Positions 27,843 through 39,400 of a stretch of 64,000 bases of DNA are shown here, in pieces. The notes below the pieces were generated by a model, which saw only the letters and a program-made list of their open reading frames with translations, had not been told where the DNA came from and did no database searches. Numbering within the stretch: position 1 is the first letter of the stretch; the number at the start of each line of letters is the position of its first letter. The translations under genes and the position numbers were made by a program. The DNA is from the human T2T-CHM13v2.0 reference genome, Homo sapiens. The stretch lies in assembly GCF_009914755.1 (NCBI RefSeq), contig NC_060926.1; one strand, 5' to 3'.

Positions 27843-28060
27843 GGGCACTGGCTGGCCCTGTGGCCGGGAGACAGGCCTCTCCCTTCTAGATCTGAGCGCC
27901 ACTGAGTGGGCCTGAGGCCAGGAGAGAGGCCTCTTCTTCTAGATTTGAGGGATGTGGCACCAGCTGGCCCTGTGGCTGGGAGAGAGGCCCCTCTTTTCTA
28001 GATTTGAGAGCCACCAACTGGGCCTGAGGCCAGGAGAGAGGCTTCTCCTTTCTAGATCCA
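27843..28060 (+). repeat. Diverged 4-copy ~55-bp repeat (two copies of a ~111-bp dimer)
   Basis: Four 'ggaga(c/g)aggc...ttctagat' units alternating 'ggccctgtggc' and 'gggcctgaggcc'. Confidence 0.75.
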
Positions 28061-28680
28061 AGAGCACCTTGCAGGGTCAGCTCCAGCAGCATCATCCTCC
28101 CCTCAGCACGGCACCAGGAACTGCAGGGACTTAACTCTTGGTGCCTTCATCAGTGTTGGCTGAGTGAACCCTGATACTATCTAAAATAATGACAAAGTGC
28201 ATTTACATATCAAAACAGCCTTATAGTCTGGGAATAGTGGTAAAGAAATCACCCTGACAGCCCTGAAAGAGAGAGAGAACCTCTGAACAAAAATACAACT
28301 TTCCAGTTATTTTCCAGTTTGTGGTAAAATTCAAGATCAGGAAAAAATGTGTGTATCACTGGATCAGTTTTAAATATTGAGGGGGCACATGGTAAGTTCT
28401 GGGGCACTGCCCACATCTGTCCTTGAGTGAATGCTGCTGTCTGGAGGGCTGCCTTCAACCGCTGACTGACCTGGCCAGAGGTGAGCGAGCTCCATCTTCA
28501 CAGCCTGTCTGTCAGGGTCCAGGTTGGCACGGGCATGGGAGATGCTGAGTGGCCCCTCACACACCTCAGCAGTGATGGGCCTGAGGGACCAGCCTTTCCT
28601 AGCTCTCTCTGTCTGCAGGAGCTGTTCAAAAGCTTGGGAAGATTTTTGCATTTGGAATTCTCTTCAAGTAGTTTGGTGAG

Positions 28681-31044
28681 TGTATTAGTCTGTTTTCACA
28701 CTGCTATGAAGAAGTACCTGGAAATGGGTAATTTCTAAAGCAAAGAGATTTAATTGACTCCCAGTTCTACATGCTGGGGAGGCCTCAGGAAACTTAACAA
28801 TCATGGCAGAAGGCAGAGGGAAGCAAGCTTGGGCCTTCTTCACGTGCCAGCAGGAGAGAGTGAAGAGGGAATGGGGCGGAGCCCCTTATAAAACCATCAG
28901 ATCTCGGGAGAACTCACTCACTATCACGAGAATGGCATGGGGGGAACCGACCCCATGATCCAATCACCTCCCACCAGGTCTCTCCCTGGGCACATGGGGA
29001 TTATAAAGATTACAATTCAAGATGAGAATTGGGTGGGAACAAAGGCAAATCATATCATTCTGCCCCTGGCCTCTCCCAAATCTCATGTCCTCACATTTTG
29101 AAACACAGTCCTCCAAATCCTTAACTCATTCCAGCATTAACCCAAAAGTATAAGTCTAGAGTCTCATTTGAGACAAGGCAAGTCCCTTCCGCCTATGAGC
29201 CTGTAAAACCAAAAGCAAGTTTGTTACTTTCAAGATACAATGGGGGTACAGGCATTGGATAAATGCTCCCATTCCAAATGGGAGAAATTGGCCAAAACAA
29301 AGAGGCTACAGGCCCCATGCAAGTCCAAAATCCAACAGGGCAGTCATTGAATCTTAAAGCTCCTAAATAGTGTTCTTTGACTCCAGGTCTCACTTGCAGG
29401 TCACACTGATGCAAGAGGTGGGCTCCCTGGTCTTGGGCAGCTCTGCCCTGTGGCTTTGGAGGGTACAGCCCACTTCCTGGCTGCTTTCATTGGCTTGTGT
29501 TGAGTGTCTGTGGCTTTTCCAGGTGCATGGTACAAGTTGTTGGTAGATCTACCAATCTGGGGTTTGGAGGATGGTGGCCCTCTTCTCACAGCTCCACTAG
29601 GCAGTGCCCCAGTAGAGACTCTGTGTGGGGACTCCAACCCCTTTTCCTCCAACTCCATTTCCCTCTGCACTGCCCTAGCAGAGGTTCTCCATGAGGGCTC
29701 CATCCCTGCAGCAAACTCTTGCCTGGACACCCAGGCATTTCTATACATCCTCTGAAATCTAGGTGGAGGTTTCCAAATCTTAATTCTTGACTTCTGTGCA
29801 CCCACAGGACCAACACCGCGTGGAAGCTGCCAAGGCTTGGGGCTTACACCCTTCTGAAGCAATGGCCTGAGCTATAAACTGGCCCCTTTTAACCATGGCT
29901 GGGATGCAGGCCACCAAGTCCCAAGAATGCATGAAGCAGCAAGACCCATTTTTTCTTTCTAAGCCTCTGAGCCTGCAATGGATGGGGTGCTGCTGTGAAG
30001 GTCTCTGTCATGCCTTGGAGACATTTTGCCCATTTTCTTGACAATTAACATTTAGCTCCTTGTTACTTATGCAAATCTCTGCAGCCAGCCTGAGTTTCTC
30101 CCCAGAAATTGGGTTTTTCTCTTCTATCACATCCTTAGGCTGCAAATTTTCCAGACTTTTATGCTCTGCTTCCCTTTTAAGCATACATTCCAATTCCAAA
30201 CCATCTCTTTGTGAATGAATATAACTGCATGCTTTTAAGAGCACCTAGGTCACATTTTGAGTGCTCTGCTGCTTAGAAATTTCTTCCACCAGATACCCTA
30301 AAGCATCTCCATCAAGTTGTAAGTTCCACAGATCCCAGGGCAGGGGCAAAATGCCAGCAGTCTCTTTGCTGAAGCAGAGCAAGAGTCACTTTTGCTCCAG
30401 TTCCCAACAGGTTCCTCATCTCCATCGTCACCTTTGCTCCAGTTCCCAATAAGTTCCTCATCTCCATCTGAGAGCACCTCAGCCTGGACTTCATTGTTCA
30501 CATCACTACCAGCATTTTCGTAGTCTCTAGGAAACTCCAAACTTTCCCACATCTTCTTGTCTTCTTCTGAGCCCTCTGACTGTTACAGCCTCTGTCCATT
30601 AACGAGTTCCAAAGTCACTTCCACATTTTCAAGTATATTTATAGTAGCACTCCAATCTTGGTACCAATTTACCTTATTAGTCCATTTTCACACTGCTGTA
30701 AAGAAATACCTGAGACTGGGTAATTTATAAAGGAAAGAGGTTTAATTGACTCACAGTTCCACATGGCTGGGGAGGCCTCAGGAAACTTACAATCATGGGG
30801 GAAGGTGAAAGATAAGCTTGGACCTTCTCAGATGGCAGCAGGAGAGAGGAGTGAGGAGTGAAGGGGGAAGAACTCCTTATAAAACCATCAGGTCTCCTGA
30901 GAACTCACTAGCATGAGAACAGCATGGGGGAAATATTCCCCATAAGCCAACCACCTCTGACCAGGTGTTTCCCTAGACACATGGGTATTATGGGGATTAC
31001 AGTTCAAGATGAGAATTGGGTGAGGACAAAGCCAAACCATATCA
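28681..31044 (-). mobile_element. Full-length THE1 (THE1C/D-like) MaLR element: LTR 28681-29057, internal 29058-~30672, LTR ~30673-31044
   Basis: Two homologous ~370-bp LTRs ('tattagtc..ttttcacactgct...ggaggcctcaggaaactta...aaaccatcag...catatca') flanking ~1.6 kb of THE1/MST-type internal sequence. Confidence 0.92.
30385..30468 (+). repeat. 42-bp tandem duplication inside THE1 internal region
   Basis: 'gtcac(t/c)tttgctccagttcccaa(ca/ta)(g/a)gttcctcatctccatc' at 30385 and 30427. Confidence 0.9.
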
Positions 31045-31589
31045 TGACGCTTTCAAATACAGGATCTTCTCCAGCTTTTCTGGCTAATTTTTGGAGGCTA
31101 GTTTTTCACAGACCCTTGGTGAGACAAGCAAACTTGGAAGCTGAGGCTGAACTGAAAGTCATGACAGAATAGTAGCTGAGTGGATCTGCCAGCCCCTCAC
31201 TTTCCTCAGGCGCAGCATTCCAACATTATTGAAGGAATCCATAAGTCAGGCTCCTGGAGGCCGTGCAGGACAGAAAGTGATTGTACATTCATGGTTAATT
31301 TGAGTCTTACAATGATACCCAGGAAAAATGGTTTATTAGTAGTTTAGCAGAACTGGTCCTCAATCTGATGTCTTCTGATGTCATATCCTAAAGCAGCGGC
31401 CCTCGATCTTGACTACACATTGGAATTAGCTGAGAATCTTTGAAAACACACCAGTGATTGGTCTGGCCCCAGAGCACCTGACTTAGAATCGTCCCTGGGT
31501 TGGTTATCAAGGGAATGAAGACAGAGAAAACTCAAATGCCTGCAGGGCCTGAAGTCTGGGACTCCAGTGGTAATTTCAAAAGAGACCTT

Positions 31590-31950
31590 GGCATTTCAGT
31601 GGTTCCACAGTGGCAGGAAGCATGCAGGTGTGGAGTGTGGATGTGTGGCCATCTCTTCCATCCATGCTCAGCTCCAGCCATAGTGTAGGACTGTGTGGCT
31701 GAGGAGAAAAAGTAATATGTGTATGAGTTATAAATTTGCTGGGCAAAAGTTAAGCTTTCAAAATCTTAAATGCAGATTTTGCAAAAATATCCCAAAACAT
31801 TAGCTTATGAAGTGCCACGTTTTGCCGTGCTTTTACAATCATAAAGCTTTGGACGAAATGCAGCTGCATCGTAAAATGTGTTGCTGCCAATATTGTCATT
31901 CATGCAGTGGACAGCAATTACATTATGTGTTGAACTAAACACTTCCAAAG
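31590..31950 (+). repeat. Direct repeat copy 1 (~360 bp)
   Basis: Near-identical to 33580-33942. Confidence 0.95.
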
Positions 31951-32174
31951 GAAATGCGATGAGGCCCAGGGAGCCCCAGTTAGAAGTCATCCTTCAGGCC
32001 TCAGGACACATGGAGCTCACAGCCTGTGTGATGTGCTGGGTGGAGACAGTGCCACAGACAGTCAGCAGGAAGAACAGACCATGCTTGGTCTCTGTGCAGA
32101 TGGTGGCGATCCAACCTTCCACACAGCACCTGACCTCTCCTGGCCATCTGACTGTAGGGTTGTAAGTTCACAGT

Positions 32175-32710
32175 TGTGAAATTTAAGAATGAAAAAGCAG
32201 CCCCTGACAGCCAGGAGTGGCCTTGTGCCTTGGGGACATGCTTTGTACTCTCCTGTTGGACAACTCGGAGAACATAAACATCAGACAATGCCAATCATGA
32301 TTTAAGACAAAAACGACCCCCCAGTAATCATCCAGAGTACAGACAAAACGGGAACATTGTTCAAGCCACAGAATCCCCAATCCCCTCTTCTAGCTAATGT
32401 GAGGGGTGGCTACATCTTTACCAGTTCTGCTCAGTCTCGTCTTCCCTCTTCCTAAAGGGGATATATTTGAGACCAAATTGTAAAATTACTCCTGCTTCCT
32501 GAGGAGATCCAATCCACAGAAAATCCTGCTTCCTTAACCCCACCCCCAAATTACCAAGCACAAGCCAAACCCTATGATAAGTCCTTCCCGACACCCCCTT
32601 CCTGACAACCTGCGGCTCCCCAGGGTGAGTCCTCCCTGCTGCAACCATTCATGAGCCCAGCTGTCCAACTGCAGGTGTGCTCCTGGGGTGTGGCTGGAAG
32701 GCATTAACGG
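32175..32710 (+). mobile_element. ERV1-class solo LTR (MER90-like)
   Basis: 'cagcccctgacagccaggag', 'aacatcagacaatgcca', 'aagacaaaaac', 'ctgcttcctga...atccaatcca', end 'caggtgtgctcctggggtgtggctggaaggcattaac' match a recalled MER90-type LTR; subfamily uncertain. Confidence 0.65.
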
Positions 32711-33579
32711 CATTTATACAACCGAAATTACCCTTGATTCTGTGAGTTAGACATAATATGCTAGGGGACATGTGTGGAATTAACACAGTCATTCATTTCT
32801 AAAACTTGAATTAAAGGAATGTGGTCCACGGTTCAGGGGAAGCTTGTTAGTTATTTATCAAGCAAGATGCTATAAAAGATCAAATCTTATTTTGCTGCTG
32901 GGCACAGGTGGTGAAGCTCCTTTAAATCTTCAGCCACTGCTTGAGTAGTCGTGTTTGATGTAATAGTGATGACGCCACTTTGCAAAACAGGAAGAGCAAT
33001 AAAATTAAATGTTAGTGCTTTTGAGAAATACTGACAACGCACTTTCTGGAGTTGACCTGGCCAATAATCATGCTGTGGAAACCTTAACTGACCCAAACCA
33101 GTGGACCTTTTTCCTTGTGTGGACCTCACATACATGTCTGTCCCTGTGCCTCCGGGTCCCAGCAGAATGCCAGAGAGTGTCACCCTTACTATAAAGGCTA
33201 ACACGACTGAGGCTCACTCTGGATTGGCTGCGTCTGGTTTCAGGGTGTTAGTTTAATTGACCGTGGCTGTATTATGGGCAAGAAGCAGAAGCGCAACTCC
33301 ACTTCAGCCTGTGAGCAGCAAGGAAGGGCTGGTGACCCTCTCAGCTACCCCGGCTGGTGCTCAGTCCCTGTCCCAGTGGCTCCGGATGCCAGGTCCTCCT
33401 CAGAACCCCCCCCCAAAACCCTCCAAGCCCACGTCTACTCTCCCTGCAGCTCAACCCCTCACCTGCACTAGCCCTGCTGTGAGATGACCATGTGTCTGAT
33501 GGGTCCTCACTCAGAAAGACTTATTTGCATTCGGCCACGTCCTCCAAAGCATGTCTTTGGACAGGACTTCATCCCTCAC

Positions 33580-33942
33580 GGCACGTTTCATAGGTTCCTC
33601 AGTGGCAGGAAGCATGCAGGTGTGGAGTGTGGAAGTGTGGCTGTGTCTTCCATACACACTCAGCTCCAGCCGTAGTGTAGGACTGTGTGGCTGAGGCGAA
33701 AAAGTAATATGCATATGAGTTATGAATTTGCTGGGCAAAAGTTAAGCTTTTAAAATCTTAAATGCAGATTTTGCAAAAATATCCCAAAACACTAGCCTAT
33801 GAAGTGCCATGTTTTGCCGTGCTTTTACAATCATAAAGCTTTGGACGAAATGCAGCTGCATCGTAAAATGTGTTGCTGCCAATATTGTCATTCATGCAGT
33901 GGACAGAAATTACATTATGTGTTGAACTCAACACTTCCAAAG
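33580..33942 (+). repeat. Direct repeat copy 2 (~360 bp)
   Basis: Near-identical to 31590-31950; offset ~1990 bp. Confidence 0.95.
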
Positions 33943-34712
33943 CAAATAGTTTTCTAATTATTGAAGCCATCTTTTGATGATACTGGATATTCAATCTTTT
34001 CAAAGTTTTGTAAATGAGAAGTTTTTTTAAATAGAGTTCTTGCTGAGTTTATGGAATCTTGTTTTATTTCCCTCCTCTGACTTAAAAAAAAACTTTCTTT
34101 TTAAATCCCTCAAGTTTTAAATGTGGGATGTAGGAGGAGGCATGTTATTGGATGACTCAATTGTGTGAAAGAGTTATGGTCCAGGTGAGAGGGGACTGAT
34201 GTGTAACAAAGCCGACATGACTTTTCAAACTAAACAACCAAAAAGATGCTGAAGAGTAAGGTCAATGATGATTAAATAAACAAATGTCTTTGAAGAATCG
34301 CAGCTAATCTAGGCACAGCAGTAAGGCCAAAAGGAAATATTATCTGAAAGTTCTCGTGTAGGCTCTGTGCCCAAATATAAGGAACGGTTCATCCAACAAC
34401 ACCTGGGCATGTCAGCTTATGATGCCGTGGGAAATACATACACGTGTGTCCGTTCCCCATTCACCAGTGCATGGCATTTTTTACAGGAAATGGAGATATT
34501 TGGGTACAGAGAAAAAAGGACATACTCTCTTCTTTAAAAAATCCTTTGTCTAACAGGCTGTGGAAAAATCAGTTGACACGAGTTAGATGTGCGACATGGA
34601 CTGCTACTGTGCACGCAGAGACGGAGGAGCTCAGAGGAACAGTGCGTTTATTCTGCATAAGCAGAGGTCACAGCAGCCGCCTATGTGGCCTCTTTTATAA
34701 CAGCCCTGAAGA

Positions 34713-35047
<335 letters not shown>

Positions 35048-35264
35048 TTACAGAGCAGAGGACTTTCAACGCAAGGATGCCCTGTGTCAGTGTGCAGAGG
35101 CTCAGAAGCACTGCTCTTTTGAAGAAAAGGTGAGTCACCCACACGAATCCATTACTCCAAGCAGAATCTTAATGTCCTTCCTATTGTGTTCTCTTTCCTC
35201 ACACAAACACCACCAGCAATGCCTCGAAATTCTGTCTCCAACATATCTACAGACTCTACAGCAT

Positions 35265-36200
35265 TCTCACCATCCTGACCACCATCCTCCACTGTCTACA
35301 CCACCATCCTCATCCACACCACCATCCTCCAGTGTCCACACCACCAACCTCCACTGTCTAAACCACCATCCAACAATCCGCACCACAACTCTTACCATCC
35401 ATAACATAATCCACTAGTGTCTACATCATCATTCACACTGTCCACACCACCATCACCACAAACACAACCATCCTCACCGTCTGCTCCACCATCCTCCCCC
35501 ATCCACACTGTCCACACTATCATCCTTACCATCCCTGCCACCATCTTTGCCATCCACACAACCATCTTCCACCATCCAAACCACCACCCTCACCATCCAC
35601 ACCACCATCCTCGTCATCCACACCACCATCCACCAGTGTCTACACCATAATTCTCACTGTTCACCTCTACATTCTCACCATCCACACCACCATCCTCACT
35701 GTCCACACCACCATCCACCAGTGTCTACACCACCATCCTCCACTGTCTATGCTACCATCCTCCACCATCCACACCCCCATCCTCACCATTTACATCATCA
35801 TCCTCACCCTCCACTCCACCATTCTCACTGTCCCCACCAGTATCCCCACCGACCGTCCACATCACTATCCTCACTGTCCACACCACCATCCTCACCATCC
35901 ACACCATCATCCTCACTGCCACACCACCATTCTCACTGTCTACACCACCATCCTCACTGTCCACACCACCATCCTCACTGTCCACACCATCATCCTCACT
36001 GCCACACCACCATTCTCACTGTCCACACCACCATCCTCACAGTCCACACCATCCTCCACTGTCTGCATCACCATCTTCACTGTCCACACCACCATCCTCA
36101 TTGTCCACACCACCATTCTCACTGTCCACACCACCATCCTCACAGTCCACACCATCCTCCACTGTCCACACCAACATCCTCACTGTCCACACCACTGTCC
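35265..36200 (+). repeat. Degenerate C/A-rich tandem repeat, ~21-bp unit 'caccatcctcactgtccacac'
   Basis: Visible periodicity, most regular at ~35860-36190; source of the His/Pro-rich pseudo-ORFs. Confidence 0.9.
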
Positions 36201-36499
36201 TGCACTGTGCTTTACCACTGTGTTCATTCCTTTTTATCTTGGCTTTTTAATAATTTGGATTTTATTTTTATGTTTCACTTGAGATGGTGATCTGTATAGA
36301 TTTATCTCTCCCATCCAAAATATTTCTATAAAATCCCATAACTAATCTGGAAATTTTTCATCAGTTTCTTAGTGAAGAGCAGATAGAGGCTGATATTGGA
36401 ACCTACCGCACATGATTTATAGATTCTCATCTTTGAAACCACACAGTCAACTGACACAATCCCCATTATGTAATATGGGTTTCACATTTATTACCAATA

Positions 36500-39400
36500 C
36501 CTTTTTCCAGATTTATTGAGGTGTAATTGACAAAACTCTATATATTTATATATACACAATGTGGTGTTTTGAAATAAGTAAATTTTGTGAGATGATTACT
36601 ATAATCAAATTAGTTAACACATCCATGACATCTCATCATATAGTTACCTTTTTGGGTGTGTAGAGAATGAGAATATTTATGATCTACCATCTTAGTAAAT
36701 TCCAAGTATACATTGTACAAATATATGTACATACAAATAATACATTATTATTAACTATGGTGACCATGATAAACATTAGGTCTTCAGAACTTACTCATCT
36801 GATAAATGAACTTCGTACCCTTTAACCAACATCTCATCATTTTTCCACTCCCTGCCCCAGTTCCACTCTTCTACTCTGCTTCTATGAGTTTGACTGTTTT
36901 TAGATTCCTCAGACAAATGAAATCATACAGTATGTGTCTTTCTGTGTCTGGCTTGTTTCACTTAGCATAATATACCCAGGTTTTTTCATGTTGTTGCAAA
37001 TGACAAAATTCCTTCTTCTTTAAGGCTGAATAATATTCCATCATATGACATCCCTTTACCCATTCATCCATCAATGGACACTTAGGTCATTTTGATACCT
37101 TGGATATTGTGAATGGTCCTGCAGTGAGTGTGGGAGTGCAGACATGTCCTCCAGATAGTGCTTTTATTTTCTTTGGATAATACATGAATGGACTATTGGT
37201 GGTTATGATGACAGTTTATTTTCAATTTTTAAAAAATGGTTTCATACTGTTTTCTATCATTGCTGTACCAGTTTACACTTTCACCACCAGTATACAAGGA
37301 TTCAATTTTTGCCAAATCCTCACCAACATCTTCTGACTTTTGGGTATTAGCCATCTTAACAGGTGGGATATTATCTCATGTGGTTTTGAGTCTCATCTCT
37401 CTCACAATTAGTGATGCTGAGCACCTCCTCATAGACCTCTAGGTCGTTTGTATGTCCTCTTTGGAAAAATGTCTATTCAGATCCTTTGCATTTTTAAATT
37501 GGGTTATTTGCTTTTTTTTTTTTTTTTTTTGGCTCTTGACTTGTATGAGTTCCCTATGTATTTTGGACATTAGCCCCTTATGTGATATAGGATTTGCAAA
37601 TGTTTCCCCTCATTTTGTCTCAGGTTGTTTCCACTCTGTCAATTGTTTCCTACACAGAAGCTTTTTTAGTTTGATGCAATCCCATTTCTCTATTTTTGCT
37701 TTCCTTGCCTGTGCTTCTAGTGTCACATCCAAAAATCATTGCCAAGACCAATGTCATGGATCTTTTCCCCATGTGATTTTTTTAAAGAGTTTTGTGGTTT
37801 CAGTTCTCATGTTTAAATCTCTAATCTATTTTGAGCTGATTTGTATGTGTAAGCTAAGAATCTTAATTTTTTTTTAAGTGTTGATGTTACGTTTTCCCAA
37901 CACCATCTATTGAAGAGACTCTCCTTTGCCCATTGTGTATTCTTGGTCTCTTTGCTAATGATTAGTTGACTATAAATGCATGGATTTATTTCTGGACTTT
38001 TGTTATGTTCCATTGGTCCATGCATCTGTTTCCACAGGTCTGTGTGGTACTAACCATACTGTCTTGATTACCATAGCTTTGCAATATAATTTGAAATCAG
38101 AAAGTGTGACACCTCCAGCTTTGTTCATTTTCCTCAACATTGATTTAGCTATTTGGGATCTTTTGTGATTCCATACAAATTTTAGAATAGATTTTTTTTT
38201 AAGTTCTCTGAAAATGCCATTGAAATTTTGACAGAGATTATATTTAACATGTAGATCATGTTGGATAGTGATGCTATTTTGACAATATTTATTTTCTGAT
38301 GCTTGAACATGGAGTATCCATTTATTTATGGAAATAAATTAAAACTATTATGCATAGTATTTTTGCATCTACATTCATCAGGTATATAGACGTAATTTTC
38401 TTTTCTTGTAATGTCCTTGTCTGACTTTGGTATTAGGGTAATGCTGGCTTCATAACATGAGTTTGGAATTCTTCCCTACTCTTCAAGGTTTTGGGAAAGT
38501 TTGAGAAAGATGGTGTGAATTTTTCTTTAAATACCTGGTAGAATTCACCAGCAAAGCCATCAGATCCTGGGTTTTTCTTTGGTGGGCAATTTTTGATTAC
38601 TGATTCAATCTCCCTAATTACTGGTCCATTCAGATTTTCTATTTCCTCATAATTCAGTCTTCATATGTTGTATCTTTCTAAGAATTGGTTTGTTTCTTCT
38701 AGGTTACCCATTTGATAGAATGTAATTGTTCATTGTAGTCTGTACTGATCCTTTGCATTTATATGGTATGTTTTAATGTATCCTCTCTCGTTTTTATTCA
38801 TTTGACTCCTCTCTTTTTCTTTATTACTCTAGCAAAAAGTTTGTTAATTTTGCTTATCTTTTCAACAAAAACCCCAACTCTTAGTTTTGTTGATGTTTTC
38901 TATTGTTTTTCTAGACTCTATTTCATTTACATTTTTGCTGGTCCTTGTTGTTTCCTTTCTTCTACTAACTTTGGGCTTAGTTTGTTCTTTTTTTCAGTTC
39001 CTTCAAGTATAACGTTAGGTTATTTAGGTATTTTTTTCATGTAGGCATTTAATACTATAAACTTATTACAACAGATTTTGCTGCATCCTATAAGTTTTTT
39101 TACATCATATTTCCATTATTTGTCTCATGTTATTTTCAATTTTTATTTCTTTGACCAATTGGCTGCTCAGGAATGGGTTGTTTAATTTTCACATATTTTT
39201 GAATTTTCCACTTTTCCTGTTATTGATTTACAATTTCATACCATTGTGGTTGGAAAAGATGTTTGATATAATTTAAAAATTATTAAGACTTGTTGTGTGG
39301 CCTAACAGATGATGTATCCTGGAGTGTGTTTTGAGTGTCTTGTGAGGAATAAGTATTCTGCTGCCACTGGATGGAATGTTCTGTATATGTCTGTGGGTAC

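Noticed and set aside
31805-34003. Paired similar minus-strand ORFs (…SSTHNVI.VHCMNDNIGSNTFYDAAAFRPKLYDCKSTAK…) suggesting duplicated genes
   Set aside because: The similarity simply reflects the 360-bp DNA duplication; N-termini differ and no domain is recognisable
35417-36290. His/Pro/Cys-rich ORF resembling a metal-binding or histidine-rich protein
   Set aside because: Arises from CAC/CAT low-complexity DNA; no ATG start or splice context
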